Under the pieces are notes generated by a model that saw only the letters and a list, made by a program, of their open reading frames with translations, did not search any database and was not told the DNA's origin. A stretch of DNA of 64,000 nucleotides, taken from NCBI GenBank assembly GCA_023898465.1, contig CP060223.1:32001-96000 (forward strand). The letters run 5' to 3'. The DNA comes from Candidatus Nomurabacteria bacterium. Its GTDB lineage: Bacteria > Patescibacteriota > Patescibacteriia > HK-STAS-PATE-3. The stretch's first letter is position 1. The number at the start of each line of letters is the position of its first letter. Position numbers and translations under genes: made by a program. Shown in pieces: positions 50,505 to 59,856 of the stretch.

Positions 50505-51180
50505 CTACACCTTCACCACCCTGACCTTCCCCCGGGTCGAGAACATCACCTGGGCTAATCAAGCCGAAGGCGAGACCGAAGTGCAATGGACTACCAATGT
50601 CCCCACCACCTCCCAAGTGGAATACTACAACGAAACTACTCCAGCCAAGACCCAAGGTAATACGGTCCTGACCACGGAACACTCCGTCCTTCTCTTTGGC
50701 CTCGACGATGCCACCATTTACCAATTCCAAGTCCGAGGCACTGACCAATTTGGCTACGAAGCCATCTCAGATGAGCAAGAGTTCCGTACCCTGGAAGATA
50801 CTACCCCCCCAGTCGTGAGTAATGTGCAGGTAGAGTCCAATACCATTGGCTCAGGTGAGCTCTCTCGTGTGCAGATCATTGTCCGCTGGACCACCAATGA
50901 GCCTACCTCTTCCCAAGTCCGCTTTGGTGAAGGAAATAACCTTTCCTCTGAATCAGATGTGAACCCAGAGTTAGTCTATGATCACCTCCTTGTCGTCTCA
51001 GACCTAGAACCAGCGAGAACCTACAATATTCAGGCTATTGCCGTTGACAAAGCAGGGAATAGTACTGACTCTGATACCTACCGAGTGCTTACCACCCGTC
51101 GGAGAGATTCCTTCCTCCAACTGGTCATTGGCAACCTGGAAGACACCTTTGCCTGGTTTACCAATATTGGGGGGTTGTGA
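50505..51180 (+). repeat. conserved C-terminal module, copy 3
   Basis: Intact frame; 99 % identical to copies 1 and 4. Confidence 0.85.
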
Positions 51181-54100
51181 TGAGTCGACGGATGCGACAT
51201 TTTAGCGTAGGACATAAAGGATTAACTCCGAGAGTAAGTCGGAAAAACTCACGTCATTCAAAATTATCACGATATAAGTCAAGATATCACGTTCAAGTTA
51301 TTCTCACCTTGACGGTTCTTGTTTTTGCTTCAGTGTTTGGGGTAGCTATTCCATACCTACAAGCGGTTCCAACAAATAATACCGAGACCTTTACGCTGAG
51401 TAGCGATTTTAGTGGAGGGGTATTAACTGATGTTGATGTGAGTAATGACGAAATTAAACTGTCTGGAGGAGCGGAAAATTGGTGGGACGCAAACTATCAA
51501 TATCGTCGACAACTTACGGTTACAAATGATTCTGCTGGAACTGCTGAAGTAGGCACAACAGCTACCATCAGCATTGATACTTCGGCGCTTGAGACAGCAG
51601 GGAAGTTGCGTTCAGATCGTAATGACTGGCGAGTAGTATATTGGAACGGCTCGAGTAATGAAGAGCTTGATCGTGTCTACGAAAGTACTAGTTCGACTGT
51701 TTTTGCTATTCAGGCCACTATCGCGGGAAGTGGTGGATCAAGTAGTGATTATTATGTGTACTACGGGTACTCAAGTGAGTCCTCAACTCCGCCAAGTACG
51801 GTGGGTAACGTAAAGACGGTACTCAGCATGCATACAACCGCTAACCAAGTTTTAACAAGTGGAGTTACAAACCTTGGTATTGCTACTGACGGTGACTACG
51901 TTTACATGTCAAATGGGTCTCAGTTATCAAAACTTAACCTTGATGGGTCATTAGTTGGCACTAAGACAGTGAGTATTGGTGGTGCAAATAGAGGACTCGG
52001 TTTTGCTGATGGACGGGTTATTGGTCGAGACTTAAGTAATAATCTTTATGCGTATGACTGGGATAGCTCAACATTATCTCCATTGAGTATTCCAGGTGGA
52101 CATCCACTTTTATCAGGTCAATCCTGGATGAATCATAATCTTGTGACTGATTCGAGCGATCGGATTGGTACCGTGCAGTATGCATCTGGCGGTATGATTC
52201 TGCGTCGCTACACTATTAGTGGTAACACGCTCACTTGGTTAGATGATATCACCCTAGGTGGAACCTATCACTCAGTAGATAATCATGGCTTTACTATGAG
52301 CAACGACTATCTCGTAATGGTGAGTTATAGTGATGGATGGCGACGATGGAGCTTGCCTGATGGTACAGAGGAAGTTGACTTTGGGAATTTTGGCGGGACT
52401 GGTACAAATACTGAAACTCACCCTAGTGGGATGTCGAATCCAACTTTTATTGATTATAACTGGAAGACCGGGGAAATATATCTTGGTGACTATAGTTCAG
52501 CTGAGTATTTTCGATATGCTAATGAAGCTTTAGTTACTTCTCCTACTTTATCTGTTACTGATGGAGGTGAAGTTGGATCACTTACTCCTATTGGTACCTT
52601 TGCTTCAAATCAAACTGATACAGGGGATGACGCATTTATAAATCTTGCTCGCATCTTTGCCTGGGGGAGTGGTGGCGGTGATAGTGATACAGCATTTACC
52701 GCAAACGTAACGATGAGCGATCCTTCTCATTCGACACTTAGCTTTGAGCTACGTAGTGCTTCATCTATTGCTAATCTAGCGTCAGCAACATATTACTCAC
52801 TTGGCTCGCCAACGAGCTCTGGTGCATATACGCTGACCAAAGGACAGATGGATGCTTTAAATAGTGGAAGCGGGGTTTTACCCTCCAGTGTGAATAAGTA
52901 TTTTCAGTTACGCATTTCATTTACCTCAAGTGATGGCTTAGCCAACCCTTCAGTGCAGGATTTTGCTTTTCATTATCAGGAAGACAACGACGCCCCATCA
53001 CCACCATCGCCGGTTAACGGAGCTGGGTATGATGAAGAGGGTGGAGATGTCATCTCTCAAACTACCTGGTATAACTACCCAACTCCATACTTTACTTGGG
53101 ATGATGCCATAGATGGAGATTCTAGTATTGATGGGTATTATGTTTGCTTTGGAACTAGCAGTTGCGATCCAAGCGCTGGTTCCTATGTGACTACTGCAGA
53201 GTATACTGCAGTGTCGTTAACAAGCAATCAAAAGTATTCTTTACGAGTGAAGGCTCGTGACACTGCTGGGAATGTTTCTGCAACCTTCTCGGTATTTGAA
53301 TATTGGTACGACGCCACCCCACCAGCCAATCCCTCTGGTATCCTGCCTGATCCGGCTGGCTTTACCAATGTGAATGACTTTGACTTCACCTGGAATACCG
53401 GCTCCGATGCGGGTGGCTCTGGTATTGCTGAATACTGCTACAAGACCGGAGAAGATGGCTATGTCGAAACCTGTACCGCCTCCACCTCAGTCACGGGTAT
53501 TACTGCCTACCAAGAAGGAGCCAATATCTTTTACGTGAGAAGTAAAGATATCGCTGGCAACCTCCCCACCTTCTACACCCAGGTCTCTTACTACTACTCT
53601 GCCAATGCGCCTTCACCACCGCAAGGACTCGAGGTGGACCCCACAGAGAACACGGCCAACTCCTTTACCTTTACCTGGCTACTTCCCGCCTCCTACTCCA
53701 ATCCGATTGCCACCTACCATTACTCGGTAAATGCCTTACCCACGGCAAGTAACACGACCGCAACGACCAACCTCAGTGTCGGTCCTGGTGCCTTTGCCAC
53801 CCAACAAGGCACGAACATCTTCTATGTCGTCGCCAAAGACACGGCTGGCAACGTGGAATGGGACTCCTACGCTGCAGTTGAGTTCACCGCCAATACCACT
53901 GCTCCAGGTATTCCAACTGGTGTGACCCTGACAGACTCATCCATTCGGGCCCAGAACAAGTATTCCCTCACCCTCACCTGGGATGCTCCAGAGAACGAAG
54001 GCTCAGGTATTGATCACTACGTCATTGACCGCTCAACCACTATCGGCTGCAGTGATGGTTCAGGTACCTGGGTCCAGCATGCCACCACCACCGCTGAAGG

Positions 54101-56318
54101 CTACTTTGATCCGAATCTTTCCAATACCACGACCTACTGCTACCGCGTGAAGGCAGCCGACAATGCCGGAGCCCAATCAGCGACCTCTTCTATTGTTTCC
54201 ATGCGTCCAGAAGGCCGCTTCACTGAACCCCCAGAACTCATTGGCTCCCCAGGGGTTGAGGCCTACATCCAGTCGGCCACCGTCGAGTGGCTGACTGATC
54301 GCGAAGGCAGCTCCTTTGTGGAGTTTGGCACTGCTGCAGATACCCTTGATCGCATCATGGGCCAAGATGACTTTGTGACGAGTCACAGTGTCACCCTCCT
54401 CGATCTTGAGCCAGCCACCACCTACTACTATCGTACGAAATACACTGACCAAGACAGTAATACCGGCTATTCTTCAGTCCTCTCCTTTACCACTGCTGAT
54501 GCACCGTCAGCTCCGACCAACCTCAGTGTGGACCCAGAGAGTAATACCCGAAACTCCTTTACCTTTGCCTGGGATCCCCCCAGTGATGCTGGAGTCACTA
54601 TTCAAGGCTACTTCTACAGTGTGAATGATGTCCCCACCAGTACGAATACCTCCTTCACTGCTCAGCAAGAGCTTGGCCCTGGCGCATATGCCACGAGACA
54701 AGGGGAGAACGTCTTCTACCTTGTCGCTATTGATGAAGCGAACAATGTGAACTACGACAACTATGCTGCAGTCGCTTTCACTGCCACGACCCCCGCTCCT
54801 GCCATCCCCACCGGCCTCATCATTACCGATGCCTCGAACCGAGAAACTGAAGACTACTCTATTGCCTTGAAGTGGAAAGCAGTGACCACTGAACAAGCCG
54901 GTAGCCTGGAAGATGACGCGGTGACCTACGAGATTCTCCGTTCCACTGATGGAGACAGCTTCTCCACCGTGGCCAACATTACCTCGACTGGCTACCTGGA
55001 CGTCGATCTCGACAATACGACGGAGTATTACTACCAAGTGAAAGCCAAAGACTCCGCCGGCGCTGCTTCAGCTCCTTCGACCACCGTCTCAGATATCCCT
55101 GAGGGGAGATATACCACTCCACCGGAGATTACGAAGGGTCCAAATGTAACCCCGGATTCATTTGAAGCAGGCATTGCCTGGGAAACCGATCGAGACGCAG
55201 ACTCGCATGTTGAGTACGGGACGAATTCTTCTTTAGGGGAGGAACAGGGTACAATCGATGAGACTGACGATCATTCCGTCCAACTCGAAGGACTCCAACC
55301 AGAAACGACTTATTACTATCGCATTCGTTCACGTGACCAAGATGGCAATGTAGCCCTCTCGAGCATCACTACCTTTACTACCTTGGAGGCACCTTTTGTT
55401 TCTGAAGTGCTTGTCTCAGATATTCGCCTCTATGATGCATATATTAATTGGACAACAAATAAAGCGACCACAACTTCACTTGAGTATGGTACTACGACTG
55501 GTTATGGACAGACTATTACTGACACTTCAGGATCACTCACAACAACCCATACCGTACATTTAGAGAATTTAACTGACGATACCACATACAATTTTAAGCC
55601 AACAGGAGTGGATATTACTGGCAATAACCCGGCGAGTGGTAACTACACCTTCACCACCCTGACCTTCCCCCGGGTCGAGAACATCACCTGGGCTAATCAA
55701 GCCGAAGGCGAGACCGAAGTGCAATGGACTACCAATGTCCCCACCACCTCCCAAGTGGAATATTACAACGAAACTACTCCAGCCAAGACCCAAGGTAATA
55801 CGGTCCTGACCACGGAACACTCCGTCCTTCTCTTTGGCCTCGACGATGCCACCATTTACCAATTCCAAGTCCGAGGCACTGACCAATTTGGCTACGAAGC
55901 CATCTCAGATGAGCAAGAGTTCCGTACCCTGGAAGATACTACCCCTCCAGTCGTGAGTAATGTGCAGGTAGAGTCCAATACCATTGGCTCAGGTGAGCTC
56001 TCTCGTGTGCAGATCATTGTCCGCTGGACCACCAATGAGCCTACCTCTTCCCAAGTCCGCTTTGGTGAAGGAAATAACCTTTCCTCTGAATCAGATGTGA
56101 ACCCAGAGTTAGTCTATGATCACCTCCTTGTCGTCTCAGACCTAGAACCAGCGAGAACCTACAATATTCAGGCTATTGCCGTTGACAAAGCAGGGAATAG
56201 TACTGACTCTGATACCTACCGAGTGCTTACCACCCGTCGGAGAGATTCCTTCCTCCAACTGGTCATTGGCAACCTGGAAGACACCTTTGCCTGGTTTACC
56301 AATATTGGGGGGTTTTAA
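51180..56318 (+). CDS. giant surface protein P5 (about 1710 aa): intact. Basic N-terminus plus TM, DUF2341-like segment, propeller-like region, shared Fn3-like stalk and conserved tail
   Basis: GTGATG start overlaps the P4 stop. WWDANYQYRRQLTVTNDSAGTAEVGTTATISIDTSALETAGKLRSDRNDWRVVYWNGSSNEELDRVYE is DUF2341-like. A single uninterrupted 1713-codon frame. Ends ...RRRDSFLQLVIGNLEDTFAWFTNIGGF. Confidence 0.8.
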   Translation: MSRRMRHFSVGHKGLTPRVSRKNSRHSKLSRYKSRYHVQVILTLTVLVFASVFGVAIPYLQAVPTNNTETFTLSSDFSGGVLTDVDVSNDEIKLSGGAENWWDANYQYRRQLTVTNDSAGTAEVGTTATISIDTSALETAGKLRSDRNDWRVVYWNGSSNEELDRVYESTSSTVFAIQATIAGSGGSSSDYYVYYGYSSESSTPPSTVGNVKTVLSMHTTANQVLTSGVTNLGIATDGDYVYMSNGSQLSKLNLDGSLVGTKTVSIGGANRGLGFADGRVIGRDLSNNLYAYDWDSSTLSPLSIPGGHPLLSGQSWMNHNLVTDSSDRIGTVQYASGGMILRRYTISGNTLTWLDDITLGGTYHSVDNHGFTMSNDYLVMVSYSDGWRRWSLPDGTEEVDFGNFGGTGTNTETHPSGMSNPTFIDYNWKTGEIYLGDYSSAEYFRYANEALVTSPTLSVTDGGEVGSLTPIGTFASNQTDTGDDAFINLARIFAWGSGGGDSDTAFTANVTMSDPSHSTLSFELRSASSIANLASATYYSLGSPTSSGAYTLTKGQMDALNSGSGVLPSSVNKYFQLRISFTSSDGLANPSVQDFAFHYQEDNDAPSPPSPVNGAGYDEEGGDVISQTTWYNYPTPYFTWDDAIDGDSSIDGYYVCFGTSSCDPSAGSYVTTAEYTAVSLTSNQKYSLRVKARDTAGNVSATFSVFEYWYDATPPANPSGILPDPAGFTNVNDFDFTWNTGSDAGGSGIAEYCYKTGEDGYVETCTASTSVTGITAYQEGANIFYVRSKDIAGNLPTFYTQVSYYYSANAPSPPQGLEVDPTENTANSFTFTWLLPASYSNPIATYHYSVNALPTASNTTATTNLSVGPGAFATQQGTNIFYVVAKDTAGNVEWDSYAAVEFTANTTAPGIPTGVTLTDSSIRAQNKYSLTLTWDAPENEGSGIDHYVIDRSTTIGCSDGSGTWVQHATTTAEGYFDPNLSNTTTYCYRVKAADNAGAQSATSSIVSMRPEGRFTEPPELIGSPGVEAYIQSATVEWLTDREGSSFVEFGTAADTLDRIMGQDDFVTSHSVTLLDLEPATTYYYRTKYTDQDSNTGYSSVLSFTTADAPSAPTNLSVDPESNTRNSFTFAWDPPSDAGVTIQGYFYSVNDVPTSTNTSFTAQQELGPGAYATRQGENVFYLVAIDEANNVNYDNYAAVAFTATTPAPAIPTGLIITDASNRETEDYSIALKWKAVTTEQAGSLEDDAVTYEILRSTDGDSFSTVANITSTGYLDVDLDNTTEYYYQVKAKDSAGAASAPSTTVSDIPEGRYTTPPEITKGPNVTPDSFEAGIAWETDRDADSHVEYGTNSSLGEEQGTIDETDDHSVQLEGLQPETTYYYRIRSRDQDGNVALSSITTFTTLEAPFVSEVLVSDIRLYDAYINWTTNKATTTSLEYGTTTGYGQTITDTSGSLTTTHTVHLENLTDDTTYNFKPTGVDITGNNPASGNYTFTTLTFPRVENITWANQAEGETEVQWTTNVPTTSQVEYYNETTPAKTQGNTVLTTEHSVLLFGLDDATIYQFQVRGTDQFGYEAISDEQEFRTLEDTTPPVVSNVQVESNTIGSGELSRVQIIVRWTTNEPTSSQVRFGEGNNLSSESDVNPELVYDHLLVVSDLEPARTYNIQAIAVDKAGNSTDSDTYRVLTTRRRDSFLQLVIGNLEDTFAWFTNIGGF
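53300..55140 (+). repeat. shared stalk module, copy in P5
   Basis: tacgacgccaccccaccagccaatccctctggtatcctgcc onward matches P2 37990, P3 42990 and P4 48170. Confidence 0.85.
55635..56318 (+). repeat. conserved C-terminal module, copy 4
   Basis: Intact frame. Confidence 0.85.
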
Positions 56319-56367
56319 GAATTCTTTAATCTATGGTATAGTATTCAAGTAAAAAATACAGACCGAC

Positions 56368-57090
56368 ATGGCTGAGCAAAGCAGAAAAAAACCGATTATC
56401 GAACTCAAAAATATTATCAAAGAATTCCGAGTGGGGAAGAATACGATTCGTGTCCTTAAAGATATTAACGCACGAATTGAACCACAGGAGTTTATCATTA
56501 TTCTCGGACCATCTGGATCAGGAAAGTCGACGCTTTTGAATACCATAATTGGTTTAGAGCGCCCCACCTCCGGTCAAGTTTTGGTTGCGAATGAAGATCT
56601 CACTACACTCAGCTCTGATAAGTTGGCAGCTTTTCGTTTACAGAATTACGGCGTGGTATACCAGCGTCCTGACTGGATAAAAGCTTTGAATATCGTACAA
56701 AATGTAGCCTTTCCTTTAGCTATTGCAAATCATTCCATGACAGAAGCAATTCCTAAGGCAATCGAACTTCTAAAGCGCTTTGGTATGGACGATCATGCTG
56801 AATATGCGCCAAGCGAACTCTCTGGTGGACAACAACAGAAGTGCGAAATTGCTCGATCCTTAATAATGGATCCAGACATTGTTATTGCTGACGAGCCTAC
56901 AGGAAACCTGGATACTGATTCAGCTGAGCGCGTGATGAATATATTTACCGAATTGCGAGAAAAGGATAAGAAAACTGTAATCATGGTTACTCATAACATT
57001 GAATATGTTCGCTATGCGACCCATACTATTTATGTACGAGATGGTCGTGTATTAGAAGGTGAACAATCATTCGGCACAAAGAAGAAGTAG
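56368..57090 (+). CDS. ABC transporter ATP-binding protein, MacB/LolD/FtsE-like
   Basis: Walker A GPSGSGKST, ABC signature LSGGQQQK, Walker B IVIADEPTGNLD and H-loop VTHN. Confidence 0.9.
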   Translation: MAEQSRKKPIIELKNIIKEFRVGKNTIRVLKDINARIEPQEFIIILGPSGSGKSTLLNTIIGLERPTSGQVLVANEDLTTLSSDKLAAFRLQNYGVVYQRPDWIKALNIVQNVAFPLAIANHSMTEAIPKAIELLKRFGMDDHAEYAPSELSGGQQQKCEIARSLIMDPDIVIADEPTGNLDTDSAERVMNIFTELREKDKKTVIMVTHNIEYVRYATHTIYVRDGRVLEGEQSFGTKKK

Positions 57091-57093
57091 AGT

Positions 57094-58314
57094 ATGAAGT
57101 TTAGCTATATTGCTTTTCTCTCAACACAAAATTTGCGCAAACGTAAGCTGCGTAGCTTTTTGACAATTGGAGGTATGGCAATCGGTATCAGCTCAATTGT
57201 TTTCTTGGTTTCGCTTGGTTTTGGCTTACAGCGCCTCATTACCTCACAGGTAACTAATCTGGAAGCGCTTACCATACTTGATGTAAGTACCGGCACCTCA
57301 ACCTTGCTACAAATTGATGATGATCGCATTGCTGGCTTTAAAGAGATTCCTCACGTGCTTGATGTAAGTCCCTCGTACAGTATTTCTGGTCAGGTAGCCT
57401 ATACCGGGTCAGTCACTGATATTGCCATGTTTGGCATTCAACCGGAGTATGTAGGGCTAGAAGGTATAACACCGGCTTTTGGTCGAGTTTTTTCAATCCC
57501 TGATGGCAATGAAACAGTTATTAGCACTACGGCAGCTGAATTGCTTGGTGTTGAGGACTTTGCTTCTTTAATTGGCAAAACAGTTACGTATAGCGTTTCA
57601 GTAGAGCAAACGACTGATGAGAATGGCGCACCACTTGATCCAAATCTACCCCCACCGGCCCCTGAAGTAGTTGATTTTGATGTGGAGGTCATTGGAGTCG
57701 TGGATGATGAATTAACTCTAGCGTATTTACCTATTAGCATCTTGGAAATTACGCAACCAGAAAATTATGATTTAGCGCGCGTAAAAGTAGATAATAGAGA
57801 TAATCTGGTCGGTGTCCGCCAAGAAATTGAAGGGCTAGGGTATCAAGTTGATTCAGTGGCTGATACTGTTGGTCAGATTGATCGTATCTTCCTGGTCTTT
57901 GAAATAGTCATGGCTGGATTTGGCTTTATTGCCATGTTGGTCGCATCCTTGGGCGCATTTAACACCTTAACCGTTTCTTTACTTGAACGTACGCGTGAAG
58001 TAGGAATCATGAAGGCGTTAGGCACACCGAGTAAGGATGTGTACCGACTTTTCTTGAGCGAGTCATTTTTGATTGGATTTTCAGGTGGAAGCTTGGGAAT
58101 ATTAATAGGATATTCCTTAGGTGAAATTGCCAACGTGGTAGTAAATTATTTGGCGAATCGTTATGGTGGTCAATCAGTTGATATTTTCTTCACTCCATTT
58201 TTGCTCATTGTTGTCATTTTCTCAATTATCGTGTTGGTGAGTTTCTTGACTGGTGTTTATCCTGCTCGTCGTGCGTCTAAACTCAATCCTTTGGACGCTC
58301 TGCGCTACGAATAA
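57094..58314 (+). CDS. ABC transporter permease, FtsX-like (MacB-type: N-terminal TM, periplasmic domain, three C-terminal TM helices)
   Basis: LRSFLTIGGMAIGISSIVFLVSLG N-terminal TM and a C-terminal FtsX domain (...RTREVGIMKALGTPSKDVYRLFLSESFLIGF...). The ATG is 4 nt after the ATPase stop. Confidence 0.85.
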   Translation: MKFSYIAFLSTQNLRKRKLRSFLTIGGMAIGISSIVFLVSLGFGLQRLITSQVTNLEALTILDVSTGTSTLLQIDDDRIAGFKEIPHVLDVSPSYSISGQVAYTGSVTDIAMFGIQPEYVGLEGITPAFGRVFSIPDGNETVISTTAAELLGVEDFASLIGKTVTYSVSVEQTTDENGAPLDPNLPPPAPEVVDFDVEVIGVVDDELTLAYLPISILEITQPENYDLARVKVDNRDNLVGVRQEIEGLGYQVDSVADTVGQIDRIFLVFEIVMAGFGFIAMLVASLGAFNTLTVSLLERTREVGIMKALGTPSKDVYRLFLSESFLIGFSGGSLGILIGYSLGEIANVVVNYLANRYGGQSVDIFFTPFLLIVVIFSIIVLVSFLTGVYPARRASKLNPLDALRYE

Positions 58315-58333
58315 TTTTTCCAAAAACGAATAA

Positions 58334-58368
58334 ACGAAAACGGACGCATGTAATTGCTTCCGTTTTCG
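58334..58368. terminator. bidirectional rho-independent terminator (10-bp stem cgaaaacgga/tccgttttcg)
   Basis: cgaaaacggacgcatgtaattgcttccgttttcg, with flanking A-run and T-run. Confidence 0.6.
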
Positions 58369-58379
58369 TATCTATCAGG

Positions 58380-58490
58380 TTAGGCGTTCTCGCCACCAGC
58401 CTCACCCATATCAGCGTCACCAGCGTTTTCTTCTGTGGTTTCGCCACCTTCCATTGGAGTCTGGTTCTCTTCTCCGTCGAATTTGAACAT
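58380..58490 (-). CDS. 36-aa highly acidic Gly/Glu/Asp-rich peptide
   Basis: Perfect SD aaaggaggtgattgc before the ATG on the minus strand. Product is MFKFDGEENQTPMEGGETTEENAGDADMGEAGGENA. Terminates into the bidirectional terminator. Confidence 0.4.
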   Translation of the reverse strand: MFKFDGEENQTPMEGGETTEENAGDADMGEAGGENA

Positions 58491-58660
58491 GCAATCACCT
58501 CCTTTCAATTGATGTGATTTCACGTAGGGTCTAGTGTACGTGTCTGAGAACGTATTGTCTAGACTCTGTCAACCCCATACCACATTGGGTATAGGGTTGT
58601 ATCGCGCACCGATTCTGGTGCGAGGTCAACCCTTCGCGAGTGAACAAAAAAGACTTTCTG

Positions 58661-59761
58661 CTAAATTACTAGGTTTTTTGGCTTTTGTCGGAGAAAAGAA
58701 AGAATGTTATCTATCGTCGTATCAGCGATGCGCTGAATTGCCTCGGTTGTGTTATATGCATTATGAGGTGTGTAGAGCACATTTGGATGTCGAATCAACT
58801 CAGCATTCATCTGAGCAATTCGTGCTTCTTGTTTATTTGCAGGCTTCCAGGATGGTTTCAACACACTCGCTTCATCTTCTAGTACATCCAATCCTGCTCC
58901 GGCAATACTTCCATTTTTTATACCGCGATACAGTGCTTCAGTTTCGATGAGTTCTCCGCGAGCAGTGTTAATCAGGTACATACCTTTTTTACATTGGCTG
59001 AGATTTTTCTTATTTAAAATGTGATGCGTGCTTGGGAAATATGGCGCATGTACAGTGAGCACGTCAGATTTTTTAACTAAGCTGCTGAGGTTAGCATATT
59101 GAAAGCCTAATTCTTTTGCCAGTTGTGCGTTACGTTTAGGATCATAGGCGAGCACCTTCATACCGAAACCTAAGCCCATGCGAATTGCATGTTGGCCAAT
59201 GCGACCAGCGCCGACAACGCCAAGTGTTTTACCACGCAAGTCTATACCACGTAAATCATCGCGAGAACAATTTCCATCCTGAATGCGGCAATATGTCGGA
59301 TGAATTTTTCTCGTCATGCTTAACAACAAAGCAAAAGCCATCTCCGCCACTGTGTTTTCGCCGTAACTTGGCACGTTGGCTACCTTTACACCCCTCTCTT
59401 TGAGTAACGTGCTTTCACAATGATCATAACCAGTTGATCGAGTGGCAATATATTTAACATTCGGAAATTGCTTAAGCAGCGCTTCATCAATCGGTGTGGT
59501 GATAAAAACAGATAGCACAGTAGTTTTTTCACCGATTGCACGCTGTGACGGAGGCAAAGTTACCTGCTTGAGAAACGAAGCAGGCGTTGCACGGAACTTG
59601 GAACGAAAATAATTTAACTCCCAATCATCACAGCCTAGAAAAGTCGTGTGCTGATTTAAATTCTTTTTACGCGTTGAGATTTTTTTCACAAAATAAGTAT
59701 AGCAACCGAGTTGACATGCGTATACATCTCTTGTGGATAACTTGGTTGTCCACTGACTCAA
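58661..59761 (-). CDS. D-isomer-specific 2-hydroxyacid dehydrogenase (D-lactate dehydrogenase-like)
   Basis: NAD-binding GVVGAGRIGQ; catalytic region NTARGELIETEALYRGI...AGLDVLEDE; N-terminal substrate-domain VKYIATRSTGYDH. Confidence 0.85.
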   Translation of the reverse strand: MSQWTTKLSTRDVYACQLGCYTYFVKKISTRKKNLNQHTTFLGCDDWELNYFRSKFRATPASFLKQVTLPPSQRAIGEKTTVLSVFITTPIDEALLKQFPNVKYIATRSTGYDHCESTLLKERGVKVANVPSYGENTVAEMAFALLLSMTRKIHPTYCRIQDGNCSRDDLRGIDLRGKTLGVVGAGRIGQHAIRMGLGFGMKVLAYDPKRNAQLAKELGFQYANLSSLVKKSDVLTVHAPYFPSTHHILNKKNLSQCKKGMYLINTARGELIETEALYRGIKNGSIAGAGLDVLEDEASVLKPSWKPANKQEARIAQMNAELIRHPNVLYTPHNAYNTTEAIQRIADTTIDNILSFLRQKPKNLVI

Positions 59762-59856
59762 TACCTTCTAGGATGGAGACATGCAACGCACGGGGGGACT
59801 GTGCGTGTTTGGAACGTTGACATGCTATAAGGATGTTGATCCGGGAGTGAAGAGTC

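Larger units (their letters stand above)
46112..51180 (+). pseudogene. giant surface protein P4 (DUF2341-like plus LamG-like head, shared stalk and tail); multiple frameshifts, including in the N-terminal anchor
   Basis: TTG start context ggattttggcTTGaagattagccaa matches the P2 start. Frame is lost at A/T runs at 46130-46280 and at caccttttgagcg (46413-46425). It is lost again at 49410-49600 and 49975-50000 at C/G homopolymers (C5 versus C6, G3 versus G4). ORF pieces are 46424-49597, 49488-50051 and 50245-51180. Confidence 0.6.

Noticed and set aside
27332-56318. Possibility that the 5-kb periodic repeats are a CRISPR array or a tandem-duplication assembly artefact
   Set aside because: The repeat units are kb-scale and protein-coding in one long frame, with unique head sequences between them rather than short spacers. 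There are no cas genes. An assembly artefact cannot be excluded from sequence alone, but copy-specific synonymous differences and distinct heads argue for real paralogues.
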